Of a stretch of DNA of 54,749 bases, positions 33,501-45,600 are shown piece by piece. The notes under the pieces are model-generated. The model saw only the letters and a program-made list of their open reading frames with translations. It did not search any database and had not been told where the DNA came from. Source of the DNA: Prorocentrum cordatum (Eukaryota); the NCBI GenBank assembly GCA_963575745.1, contig CAUYUJ010000216.1, positions 62,001 through 116,749 on the forward strand, given 5' to 3'. Positions within the stretch are counted from its first letter, which is position 1; the number at the start of each line of letters is the position of its first letter. Made by a program: the position numbers and the translations under genes.

Positions 33501-36500
33501 CGTCCCAGTACAGTACCACATCTCGCCAGCGGGTGCGGGTAGTGTGGATGCGCTCGGCGATGCACTCGCAGACGGACCTGACTGTGACGCGATCCCTGTG
33601 CATGTTGGTGATGGTTAGGGAATAAGGTCGGCGGACCGTTTTGTTGAAGGTGAAGTCCTCCTTGAGGGCCTGGTGGGGGCCGAAGAGCACGTAGCCTTCC
33701 CTCCACAGCGGTTGGTCGGGGGACGGGTCTTCAGGCATCCCCGTTCCTGTGAACCCAGGTGGCCGCCGCGTGACGTCGGGCAATCCCTGCCTGGGGACCC
33801 GCCGCGGCCTCGGTGGAAGGTACCATTGACCCTGGTAACCAGCTTGGCCTGGTTGTGGAGGCTCCCCCCCGGGGCCTGAAGGCGCTCGGGGGGGCTCCTT
33901 GAGGTCGTGGTGGGCTGGCGCGTTGCCAAATTGGCGGGCAAGGATGTGCGGCGGCATCCCTGTGGCACGGACGTCGAGCAGGCTGTGTGGACTGGGCGGG
34001 TGGGGGCACCTGCTGGAAAGGCAGCATGTGTCAGAGTCCCTGTTGTCGGTGCTGAATGCACACGTCCAGCTGTTGCAAGAGTAGTCCGTGGACCAGTCCA
34101 TAGGTGCACGTAGTCCGCTGAGGGCGCAGTCTGGGCACGTTTGTTGGCCCGAGGTGCCGAGCTGCGTGTTGCGGCGGGCCGCACAGTACTGACAGCATTG
34201 GAATCGGCACTGTAGGCATGACCAGCGTCCTGGTAGGGGCGGGAGCGCTTGCTCGTTTGTGCCTGGGTCGTCTGGGTGGGGACGAGGTCGATCCCACAGG
34301 GGCCAGACGTCGGCAAACCAGGACTGGCCTGTAGTGCGGACGACCTCGGCGGGGGGGCGAGCGTCATCGGCGTGGCGCTCTATCCACTGGGGCCCCTTGT
34401 CCGCTGGTACCATGACCGTGCGCCACGTGTCATCCGCCTTGACGTGGACTTGGGTCGGTGCCCAGAGCTTGGTAGTGGTATCGCCATGGTCGTGGTGGAG
34501 GATGACCCAGCCGTCGCGACCCACCACCTCAGGGTCGGTAACGCGATGGCCCATGACGGTCGTCCCCCACGGTAAGTAGGCGCCGTCGTGGTGATCGCCA
34601 GGTTCAAGCCAGACCTCGATGCCAGGGGCGTTGACACGGGCCCGCACATCGCGGACGTGGAAGGCGAGAACGTGGTAGGCGGTCGGCTCCACTTCCGTCG
34701 CGATGTGCTCCCACGTCTCGATGTCGCTGTAGTCCGAGGTGGAGTTTTCGCCACTCTGCCGTGACGCACGGGAGGCGGATCGCCGTGGGCGGGCGTGGCC
34801 TCGGGCGAGGGCCGCGGCTGCACTGATGAGGGACGGCATACGGCGGTTGTCGTCTCCTGGTGTCGTCGATGAGCGGTCTGGACTGTGTGCCAGGGCGGCA
34901 CCTGACTGGTAGGTACGCGGTGGACCAGGCTCGGCCCCAGGGCTGGAGCCGCTGGGGCGCGACTCGCGTGCGTCGGGGTGCCCCCGCACGGGGACGGCTT
35001 GCAAGCCAGTGTACACAAGGTCGATCAGTGGCTGCGGGTCCAGCTGGAGCTTGCGAAGCGAGACGCGTGGCCGGGGCTGGTTGGGGTCGGCCCTGGTGGC
35101 TGCTTCAGTGTCGTAATAATGTTTGGCCCATGCTCGCGCTGCCTCTGGCGAGTATAGTGCCTGCGGCGGTGGCCACGCTGCCGCGATGCCCAGCCTGCGC
35201 CGAGTGCTAGCTTCGTGGTCGTGGGCTTCAGCGGCCTCACGGAGATCTGGATCATCGTAGCCAGCGATGTGGAGGGCGTGCGCACAGTCGCCCATGCCAA
35301 ATACTTGTGGTAAGGCACGGCACCTGGAGGCAGCTTCCGTGGGGGCACACCAGTCCATGCGGATGAGGAGGCCCAGGACCCGAGGGTAGATGAGGCGCGC
35401 TCCGCGGGCCTCCCCTTTCACGAAGTTGTGCCAGTTTTCACCGCTCGGTGGTTGGGTGGCCTCGCACATCCAGAGCGCGATGGGTCCCCACGCGAGGGTG
35501 TCGTCTTCGAGGCTGTAGGGCGGGTGGGGCGGCACTGCGTACCACGCGGCCAGCGAAGGGTGCACGCTCACGTACGTGCGGCCAACGCTGGTGCCAGTTC
35601 GACCCTTCGTTTCACGGCGGGGCCCTGGCAAGAGGTGCCCTCCGCTGGCAGCGAGACGGGCCGCAAGGTCGCCACGGGTCCCATGCCAGAAGACAGTGGG
35701 CGCGTCGGTGGTGGGTTTGCGGAGGTCCCACGTGAGGTAGGGGAACATCGTCTCGCCTGAGTTTCCGCCCGAGTCTTCGAGCACCCAAGTGAGGCGGTTC
35801 GGGGGGCCTCTGCATGATGTCAGTCCACGGCCCCAGCGCTTGGAGTGTTAGATCATGGGTGAATCGAGGATGGTCGTGAAGTCGCAGAGCGTCTTTGATG
35901 TCCTCTGTAGACACGCCACTGTTACCAAGCGCAAAGCCGTGTTGGTACAGGGCGTTGAGGATGCTCGTCGGCGGCACGGGCACCGCTGGGTCGCGCTGAA
36001 TAGTGTTGCGTAAGTTGCGCGTCGGTGGCTTGAGGGCTAGATGGGGCGTACCAGGGCCTACAGGCGCCTGGGGCCTGGCGGGTGATGCATAGCGTGCTCG
36101 CCGACGTGGTGGTTGGGTGTCCGTGTCGGAAGAGGAACCACGAGCATCTGCATGTCGGAAGATGGACCACGGGCTGTCGCGGGTGCGCTCACGTGGTTCC
36201 CTTACCTCGGCGTCGCTGGCGTGGGCTGTGGCGTCTTCGTGAGTCGGTGGATTACCATAGACCGCGCCGCTCTTGGAACCGTATCGCGGAGACGGGCTGG
36301 TCGATCGTGGTGTGACGGACGAGGCTCGCGATACGGCGGCAGTGACTTCGACGATGGCGGCGGTGGTGGCGGTGGTGACATCGGCGACTGCGGCGGCAAC
36401 TGCTGCGGCGTAGTGTTCCTGTAGCAGCGGATGTCGGAGTGAGTGCACGTGCTGGTCCTCGTGTTCTTCGGCAAGCGTGCGTGGCATTGTGTATGTGGCC

Positions 36501-38023
36501 TCATCACGCGGCCTCCTGCTCGGTTGGCAACAGCGGAGGCACCACTGGGCCATGGGTGAGTCCAGGGCACGCGCACAGATGCGGGCTCCTATGTGTCCGA
36601 CGGCTCCTTGAGCGAGGAGTTTGGCGCCGACAAGAAGAAGACCGCACACCACTCCGCCAGTGGCGATAGCTCCGAGTTTGCCGCTGGCCCATTTCAGGAC
36701 ACCCTCGAGGCCGACCCCGACTGCGCTGGCTCCACCCGAGACAATATCTCTGAGTTTGGCGCTGGTCCACATGAGAGTACCCCACAATGCGGACGCGACG
36801 TTGTATGCCGTTGTGCGTCGGGGTGTGGTGGGCACAGATGGGCCTGGTGCCGCCGCTTGACGTCGTCGTCGTTGTCGGTAGCTGGGGTCTCGGTTCGGTG
36901 GCGGCAGGTACCCATCGATCTGGTCCTTATACGGCATTGCTATCACGATGGCGTACGTGGCTACAAAGAGGCAAATGAGGCAGCCACAGTGTCGTGATGC
37001 CGCTGCGCTGTGCTGGGCCTCGTAGGTACCGCTGGCATCTGGGTTCGCGTCGTCGATGGGGTCGTTATCGATGTCGGCCTGCCAGTGGTCGATGGCGCTG
37101 AGATTGGAGTCAGTCCCGTTAACACGGCAAACAAGAGTGCGGGGCGTGGTGCTGCCGCCTGCGGTCTGGAGATGTCCAGGTCCAGCCAGTGCTGCAGCGG
37201 GGCTGAAGCCGCCACTGCGCGGGCTGGTTCGAGCTGGCGATGCCGTGGCATGGCTTGTCGCGTCGGCGACAGAGGCGCCTTCAGCGTCGTTGAGCTGTGC
37301 GCAGGGGTCGGTCTGGGCCGAGTCGTTGGGCGGACTGCTGTGCGACGGGGTGTGCCCTGAGTGGGGTTCGCTGTCACGGTCATGCTGGGCCGTGTCACCT
37401 AGTGGTGTCATGCCGTCACGATCCTGGGTTTCCATGTCGTCCTGGCTATCGTCCGACGCGTGGAACGAGCCCAGGGCTATGTTGCTGAGGGGCACGACAG
37501 CGGGGCTGAAGCCGCCACTGTGTGCATGGCCTTGGTCAGCAGCCCCGTCGAGGATGTGCTGCACGACGGTCGAGGCCACGCTGAGGGTGGACTGCGATGC
37601 ATGTGTCGTAGTTGACGAGGGCGTACATACACTCGCGATGGCGCCCAACGGTCCCTTGCCGCACGGACCCGCGGCGGCGGTGCTGTTCACGATCGGGTCC
37701 AAAATGGTGCAATGATCGTGCTTGTAGATGCTGCTGTCATCGTAAAGGAAAACGTGCTGGGGCGCACCGCCTGAAGACGGGCGTGCTCCAGCTAGCAAAG
37801 GGAGGGCCATGCTGCAGGCAAGGCGCCGCATGATGGCGAGACCAGGCAGGCGGCGCGAGCGATGAGCCAAAAGCTGCATGTCGGCACACGTCCTCAAATA
37901 CCCCTGAATGCTCATGTACATTGCAACAATCACGGCCCCTGCAAGACTGCGGGCGTCCCTACACCAGATAGCTTGCGCGTGCTGCTGCCAAAACAGACAT
38001 GAGGCGACAAGAAGGAGATACAA
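25326..38023 (-). CDS. LINE ORF2 polyprotein (reconstructed across frameshifts near 35800, 33320, 27660 and an A-tract at 30176-30575): TM-like segments, ART-like, Zn fingers, Ubl, APE, RT, CCHC-type, RNase H, coiled-coil
   Basis: APE: SLNITS, ALQETR, GGVAIL, MDANTN, RIDYII, KSH. RT: GGLDGWT, ALDRQKCFD, GHLQGSSWS, FVDDSN, HPGK. CRYC..H..C. RNase H: ATDGAC, AQVAETLAI, FVDNQAVV, KIASH, NRQADALA. Copy 2 reads through the 27660 frameshift and lacks the A-tract. Confidence 0.85.
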
Positions 38024-38092
38024 CGCGAAGAGGGAAAAGATGCCTCTGGAGGCGCTTCCTCGGAGGGCTGAGGCGGGCTCTCTGAGGCACCT

Positions 38093-40774
38093 TCAATAGG
38101 GTTCCTGGGTGGCCCGACCCTTGTCTTTGCCTTTGTCAGCCCCTGGGGGCCCCGCCCCTGGGGTGACCTGGCCTGGCTGGTCGATCCACCCGCAGACAGC
38201 CACGGGATCAGCGGCCGCTGCAGCTTCCTCCTTCTTAGTTGCCAGAGTGGCCACTTGTGGCAGGTGGATGGTACCCCCCGTGAGGTGCCCGAGGAGGGCC
38301 TGGATGTCGCCGCGCAGTGCAGCAGCTTCGGCGGTTGCCGTCTGTTGCTGGGTGACGACGGTGGCAAGCGCCCGTTCCAACCCCGAGACGTGCTCCGTGA
38401 GTGTGGCCTGGGAGGAGAGAACGCCCGCAAGCTGGACCTGCATGTTATCCACCGTGTTGGCTAGCAGCTCGTGCTGTTGTTCCATGTGCTGGATGCGGGT
38501 CGTGGCAGCATCTGGCGGTTGAGAGGCCGATGCGAAGCGCTCACCAAAGGTGTTGAGTTCGTGGGAGGCCTCGCTGTATTCATCGCCTGATGAGAGGATC
38601 TCGACGTCCTCGGCGTCACCTGATACTTCGGCGGCTGTGGCAGCGTCGCCTTCGGAGTGGCCCCCGCCTTCTGCCGCCACCGTGCCAGGCCGAGAGTCAT
38701 GACCACCTGCTCCTGGGGCGGCTGTTTGTTCAGCGGCTCCGTCCGTGCCGTGCGGGGGTGCAGAGGAGCTGCGGCCTGGGGCACAGTGTGACCTTGCGTG
38801 CGGCGGGACGTCACGTTTCCCACTGGAGGATCGGTGGCGCTTGGCTAAAGGCTCCTCCTTGGGGATCAGGAGCGGTGCGACGCCTTTGCCTTTGGGCGTG
38901 GCAGTCATGAGGTCGTGGAGATAGGGGCTCTGGGCCGCTTTGGTGAGGAGTGTGCCGGTGGCGGGGCTAAAGCCGCCACCACGAGCTGGCGGCGTCACAG
39001 GCTCCGTAATGGTGGTAGGCGTGACGATGGTGACGTTGTCCCGCTTTGGCACCACCTCAGCCAACGGGGCCTCGGTGATGCTCCACGGGATGGGGCACCC
39101 CGCAACTTGTACCGTGTATGTGATTGGGGGCCGATGGGCACGCACTAAGGCAAACTGGGCCGCAGTGGCTGGGTCCCAGGCGGTGTGGTAGACCTCACAG
39201 TCCCATTTGACGGACGGGCCCGTGAGAGTCTTGGCGAGCTGGGTCAGCGTGGCGTGGCGTGCCGCAATGCCAGTGATGCGGTAGCGCGTCTTGGCGAGGG
39301 AGGCCTCGCAGCCGCGGATGCTGACGGCCGCAGCCCTGGCGGCGTCTGACCCCCGCGGAACACGGATCCCCAGTAAGCCTGACTTGCCGTGCCTGACGAC
39401 TCCCAGGGCCTTGAACTCCACCGACTTCTGGAACGCATCTGCCATCGTGATGGGGTGGTCCTCAGGGAACCACACGGTCTGATACTTGTCAGCGGTGGGC
39501 TCGTCAGCACCTACGTTGCTGAGGTCGTAGGTAGCGCCGAGTTGCCCTGATCCCGCCAAGACCTTGTCGACCGCTTGGAGACTGACGCCGAAGGTGGCGG
39601 CCAGGGACCTCTTCCCGACGCCCGATCCAAACCTGCCTAGGCTGTTGCAGGGTTCAAGGATGGTGACGGCTTTAAAGTTGCCGTGGAAGAGGGCCTTGAA
39701 GGTGTCCTGGAGCTGACTATCGAGCTCCTGGCGGCGAGCGTCTTTCTTGGACTCCCTGTGCTTTTGGTTTTGGCGCGCCTTGTCCTGTGGAGCGGAGTCC
39801 CCTCGAAAAGGGCCCTTGGTGCGTGGACCACCGTTCACGGGGGCACCTCCAGAGAACTGGTCCTCGAAGGCCTGATGCATGGAGGGGACTGCGGCGATGG
39901 CCTCGGTTTCATGTATGGTCGCCCGAATCCAGCATACGTGGTCGGCAAAAGAAAAAAAAAACAAATACAAAAAAAAAAAAAAAAAAAAAAAAAAACAAAA
40001 GACAAAAAAAAAAGAAAAAAAAAAAAAACAAAAAAAAAAAAAAAAGAAAAACTAAACAAAAGACAAAAAAAGTAAGGTGGGGTCGATGGTGGCGACGGCT
40101 ACTTTTTCCGTGCAGGCGACCTCCTTGGTGCCCAGCTGGTACACGGTCACGGGGACGTGCGTGTGGACCACTTTGGGCGCCTTGGGGTGACGCTTCAGAA
40201 CGGGGACGGCGAGCTCGGTACCGACGTAGTTGTCGTTTTTTGGGCCCATGACAGCAATCGCGAGCTGGCCCGTGGTTCGCTTGCCCTGCTCGAGGTGGTG
40301 TTGGAGCAGCCGCTCACCGCTCTCGTAGTCGTGGAGGCTGATACTGGGCTTGTACGTCTTGCCGTCGTCGGGAGATGTGGGTTCAGCGAGGACGGGGACC
40401 TTCCAAAAGGCCGGGTCCAAGGCGATGAATTGGGTGCCCGCAGTCTGAAGACGTGCGGAACCCGCTGGTGGGTGTGATGTGTCACCGCCAATGCGCTTAG
40501 GCTTGCTGCGCTGGTGATGATCAAGCGTGTAGCTGATCTGGTTGGTGGCGCACATGCGGATCAGGGCGCTGCCAAGCTTCTTCGTGTTGGACTTGTGCAT
40601 GTCGTACGTTGCCTGGAGCTCGTCCGCGTTCAGTTCGGCAAGCCCGTTGCATGCGGCCGTGGGGGCGGTCAGACCCCGCTTGCTTGAACGCTGCGATGCA
40701 GTCCTGCTTGCGTTGATGGAGAGACCCTTCAGCAGCAGATCGAGGAAACTCTCGGAGGCTGCTTGGAGATGAAG

Positions 40775-40817
<43 letters not shown>

Positions 40818-41039
40818 AAAACAAAAAAAAAAAAAAAAACGAAAAAAAAAAAAAAACAAAAGAAAAAAACAAAAAAAAAATAAAAGAAAAAAAAAGAAAG
40901 AAAAAAAAGATAAGAAAAAGAAAGAAAAAAAGAAAAAAAAAAAAAAAGAGACAAAAAGACAAGAAAAGAAAAAAAAAAAAAAAAAAACCAGAAAAAAAAA
41001 AAAATCAGCCGAACGGCGGTCCGGCTTCTTGGGGGCCAT
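38093..41039 (-). CDS. LINE ORF1 (interrupted by A-tracts at 39946-40071 and 40772-41003)
   Basis: Starts MAPKKPDRRSAD|LQAASE.., continues through ORF-track segments 40052.. and 38093.. and ends in a coiled-coil-like RIQHMEQQHELLANTVDNMQVQL. Lies directly upstream of ORF2. Confidence 0.7.
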
Positions 41040-41191
41040 TGCTGCGGGCGCTCTGGTGAGAAGAGGTGACGCGAATCAGTAGGGTCCTGCTGGGACCCCT
41101 CCGGTCTCGCGAGGCCTGGGAGTCCGGCTCCGAGGCGGGGCGCTTCGCGTCGCGGCTGCGGTCTGAGTGCTGGGCACTCTCGAGCCGAGAC

Positions 41192-41192
<1 letters not shown>

Positions 41193-41239
<47 letters not shown>

Positions 41240-41283
41240 GTGAGAGAGAGAGAGGGAGGGAGGGAGGGAGGGAGGGAGGGAGG

Positions 41284-41341
<58 letters not shown>

Positions 41342-41358
41342 AGAGAGAGAGAGAGAGA
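41193..41358 (+). repeat. (GA)n/(GGGA)n tract between LINE 5' end and PLE 3' end
   Basis: Directly visible. Confidence 0.95.
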
Positions 41359-41603
41359 GTCCCTGTTTGCGACCACCACTGCCTTGAGTACTGATATCGC
41401 TGGCAAGCTCGAACCCTCCAAACGGAGGGCAGTGTCACGGGCTGGACTGTGAGCACACTTTGGGTCCAACTCGCATCGAAGATGCCTGAGAACGAACGGC
41501 AGCGGAGGAGACCGACGTGTGGCAGCATGTCAACACACATACACGGGGTGGAGGTGAAGAGGAAGATGTAGGAGATAATAATAATAAACTCTCGGGTGGG
41601 AAA
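41359..41603 (-). repeat. 3' pseudo-LTR
   Basis: Near-identical to 47263-47507. Confidence 0.9.
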
Positions 41604-41609
41604 GAGAGA

Positions 41610-41646
<37 letters not shown>

Positions 41647-41795
41647 GCCCAACGCGCGGCCGTAGGGCGGTGCCGCGGTCCTCTCTTCGGAGCGCTGGTA
41701 GGTGGATCATCCCCCGTCGGGATGGCACGTACTCTCTCGGGGAAAGAAGGGAGATGGAGTTGAGACATAGGGAGGTCTAACGAGGTTCGGGAGGA

Positions 41796-41838
<43 letters not shown>

Positions 41839-42149
41839 CCCAAAAAGCTCCCCGCGACACTGCTAGGCGGTGTTGCACCCACGGGAGCAAGGGCGGCCTG
41901 GTTCGGGAGCACTGGTGACGGCTGCTGGCACAGGGGAGAGATCGGGAAACGTGTGGAAACAACCCAGGCACGGGAGCATAGGGCAGGGACACGGGATGTG
42001 GTGAGCACGCCTGGTCAGCCTTCCAGCACAGGCCACTCACACCCTAGCCATGACCGGGTCGCACACATTCTGGGGGAGCGGGGAGAGTGAGGGAGGGCAG
42101 TATGGTGGGTTAAGTAATGGAGCAGATAGGGTGGGAGGGAGACCAAAAA

Positions 42150-42644
42150 TCAGCCCTGGGCCTCATGATAAATCTGGAGGTTACCAGAGGCATCACTAAT
42201 TGGGATCCTCCTTCTACTCGGCTTGGGGACTCTGCCACTCGGGGTGCACATGGGGACAGGGAGGCCAGTGAGACGACCAGCGACGACAGGGATGGCAGCG
42301 CCTACCATGCCTGTGATCATCGTCTTTACCACCGCCTGCTCCTCCCCGTTGGCGAAAGTGAAGGGGAGCTGCATAGAATTTGAAATCTCCTGAAGAAACC
42401 ACGTCTCTCTGGTGTGGGTCCAGTTGAGCGTCACATAGGCCTTCATCACCTTCATGAGGCCCCACTCATCCACAGGAAAGACTAGCCACACCAAGAGGGC
42501 TGATATTAGGCCAGCTGCATAACCAATCACACAGAACTGAAACGAAACCATCTCCATAGATGACGACGCCATAAAGGTCGAACTCTTCGAGGTCAAAGTA
42601 GTTTTCATGATCGTCTCAGCTTCACTCTCTGATGATGACTCCAC
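42150..42644 (-). CDS. Small putative membrane protein downstream of the PLE ORF
   Basis: Open frame begins just after the RT ORF stop (first ATG internal). Hydrophobic FCVIGYAAGLISALLVWLVFP and MITGMVGAAIPVVAG. Confidence 0.45.
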   Translation of the reverse strand: MESSSESEAETIMKTTLTSKSSTFMASSSMEMVSFQFCVIGYAAGLISALLVWLVFPVDEWGLMKVMKAYVTLNWTHTRETWFLQEISNSMQLPFTFANGEEQAVVKTMITGMVGAAIPVVAGRLTGLPVPMCTPSGRVPKPSRRRIPISDASGNLQIYHEAQG

Positions 42645-42656
42645 GTCCGTATCTGT

Positions 42657-45600
42657 TCAGAGGGCGCTACCATTCACGATATTCAAGACCATCGCCACCG
42701 CCTTCGACTTCTGCTTGGGCACCTGCTTCCTGGGGCAGTGTGCCTGGATGCACTTGTTCACGTTGCCCGTGATGCCCTTGTCGGTGGACATCGCCTTCTC
42801 GAGGATGTTGGCTGCATCACCCCACGTCACACGCTTGGGCAACGTCTTCTTCTTGCCCAGTAACGACTGCAACCAGCCTTGTTCAGCACGGCGCATGTAG
42901 TCCTCCGACGAAGGGGCCTCCGCAACTGGCGTCGGCGAAGTGTCACGAATGTCGGGCTTCGACGCGGATTGCGTCGCCTTCTGATCTTTGTCACCCTCCA
43001 AGAGTTTCGCCATCTTGTCTCCGAATGAACTCTTCATCGCCAGGGCTAGGTATTCTCCCTGCTTACGTAAGCGTAGTTCCTCTGCTCTGTCCTTCTTGTC
43101 CTTCACAAAGGCTTGGTACTCTGGATCTGCCTTGGCCAAGTTTTCCCTCACCTTGATGATGTCGGGGGCAGAGGCCGTCTCTTTTGAGCGGGACCTATGG
43201 CGTCGATCTCGAGAACGGTCCGAGTGGCGATCACCCCCATCTCGCCCACGGTCACGGTCATCTCGAGAGGAGCCTCCACGCTCACGATCTCCACGGCCTC
43301 CACGGTCTCCTCCACGTCCTGGGCTGTGACGCCGCTCACGGCTGTCCCCCCGGCCGTCACGGTAGTCACGTCGATCGCGATCGCGGTCTCGATCCTTGTC
43401 GCGATCATCACGTTTCCCTTGCGAATCGTACCATCCGTCGTAGGAGCGCCACCTCTCATCTCGCCCACCTCCGCGGTAGCTCCACGACGGGCGGCGTCCT
43501 TCTCCACCCATGGTGGTGTCCGTCTCGTATGAAGAACGCCAACGACGAAGGATCACTCGAGCCTTCTGTATGGCGACGGACCACGGACAGGCATGGGTCG
43601 CGGCACATATCACCGCCGAGGGGTAGCCCACGAGGTAAAGCTCCAGGGCCAGCTCCAGGATCCAGGATACTGTGACGGAAACCGACAACTCCAGAAACTG
43701 GGCCCGAACTTGACGTCCCGAGAAAAGCGCCACGATCATGTTGGAGCCCCTCGGGGGCTGGCCTGGCCACGGTAGGATGTTCGTCTTCGGACGGGGGCCC
43801 TCGGAGGACTTGTGGAGCCAGATCCTGTTGTCATTCTTGGGGGCAATCCAGAGGGTGTTCCCATGAGGCCAAACTTCCATATCTAACCAAATACACGGAC
43901 TTTCAGGATCTTCTAAAACACATGCTGGTGATAGTTTTACACGATAAACCTCTGTCAAGTACTTGAACACGCATAGCCTACAATATACTTTGCTGATGCC
44001 TATGATGTCGTCGACATATCTTCTTTGACGTATTTCTATTGATCCTGATGATGATGAAATGGTAAAGCCAGATGATGCATATAGTTCAAGATGTTTTTGA
44101 GCCTGCATCTCAAACCACGCCATAAGTATGGATAATGCAACGCCCGATAGAACGCCACCAATTGGTAAGCCTCTGAGTTCGTATACAATGCCTCCAATGG
44201 TGACTAGCGAGAGCCAGCAGTATGCCAGCATCGTCTTTGCAATGTCATGCACAGAAACTCTGAAATACTGCGGTGGTGTGCCACCGCGAAACGTCTTGGT
44301 GATACATTGGCGGCCTCGTCGAACTAGGGCTGAGTCCGTGCCCAGCTGCTTAACAATTTCACGAGATACTTCTGTCCACGCTCTGCCTACGAACTGGGCA
44401 CTGCATTGCTCATAGGCTTGGTCGGCGTCCACCACCACTATCGATATGCACGTCATGCGGGCTCCACAGCATAAGCACGTGTCTGTCGACGGTGGGTCTA
44501 ACTCATCGGATATCTGCCGCAGCTCGGCCGCAGCATCGTTCATGTTGAAGACCTCACATGACGTACCTGATGCACGGAGGAGGTGGCGAGCAGCCCGACC
44601 AACGCATTTGTAACCTGCCGTGCCTGGCGCCTCCGCTGAATTCACGATGCGCCTCATGCAGCTGTGCCCAGCCTTGGTGCACTTCTTGGTCCCGTCGGCG
44701 TCGAAGCATTTACTCTTCACCGTCGGGAAGACATATGGTGGGCATGTGGTCTTCGTCACAGGTGGCAACATCGTCTGGGACCGTAACCAGGCGGGCAGAC
44801 CAGCATGGGCCCTCGTCCACAGCCGCGTGGCCGCGTCCTGGTGTGTGAGGTCGAGTCGGAGCGCCCAATCATCATCCATCGCCGCTGTCTGGTGAAGCCA
44901 TCTAATCACATCTGGGCCGTCTGCGACCCACGTCTTGTCAGGTAGCTTGTCATCAGCAATAATAATCTTACCTGTTGCCATCTCCACTGAATTCTGCACA
45001 TCAACTTCGATAGCTTGCCACCTAGCGGGTGGGTCTGAGAATACTGACGTGAGGTCCGATTTCGAAGATGTCGAAAATCTCTTGTTCAAATAATCCAAAC
45101 CTCGGCGTACAATTCTGGGGGCCAGTCTCGCTGAAGCCGTCCATTCAGTCAGCGCAGCCCGTGCAGCCTTCAACGACACCCTGGGAGTTGCCCAGACAGG
45201 TAAGCGCCACGGTCCTGAGAGCTGTCGGAGGTGGAGGGGGCCAGTGATAAACCCATCTGCTCCGACTGGTGGTGGTAGAGATTCAGAGACATATTCTGCA
45301 CAGAACTTACTGGCGCACACCTTGTCTTTCCAGATTCTACGGGCACGGTATAGGACGCGGGTAGGATGTCGGTGCCATCTACGTGCGGGTTCAAAGCTCA
45401 TGTGGTTGGACATCGCATTGATAGCTCCCTTGACGGCCTGCTTCAACCGATGGTCCCGAAACTCATGAGGTAGCTTCAGTATCGGTCGCTTTGCTGCTGG
45501 AAGCTGTAGCCGACGGAGCTGGATATCGATATGGAAACGGGCCATGCGAAGCCTCGTGAAGTTCTCAAGAAAGAGTGGCGCCATCTCCGCAGCACGGAAT

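Larger units (their letters stand above)
24959..41192 (-). mobile_element. Apparently full-length ~16-kb LINE (APE-RT-RNase H), copy 1
   Basis: 5' UTR 41040-41192, ORF1, ORF2 and 3' UTR 24959-25325 (shared with copy 2). (GA)n on both sides. Confidence 0.9.
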
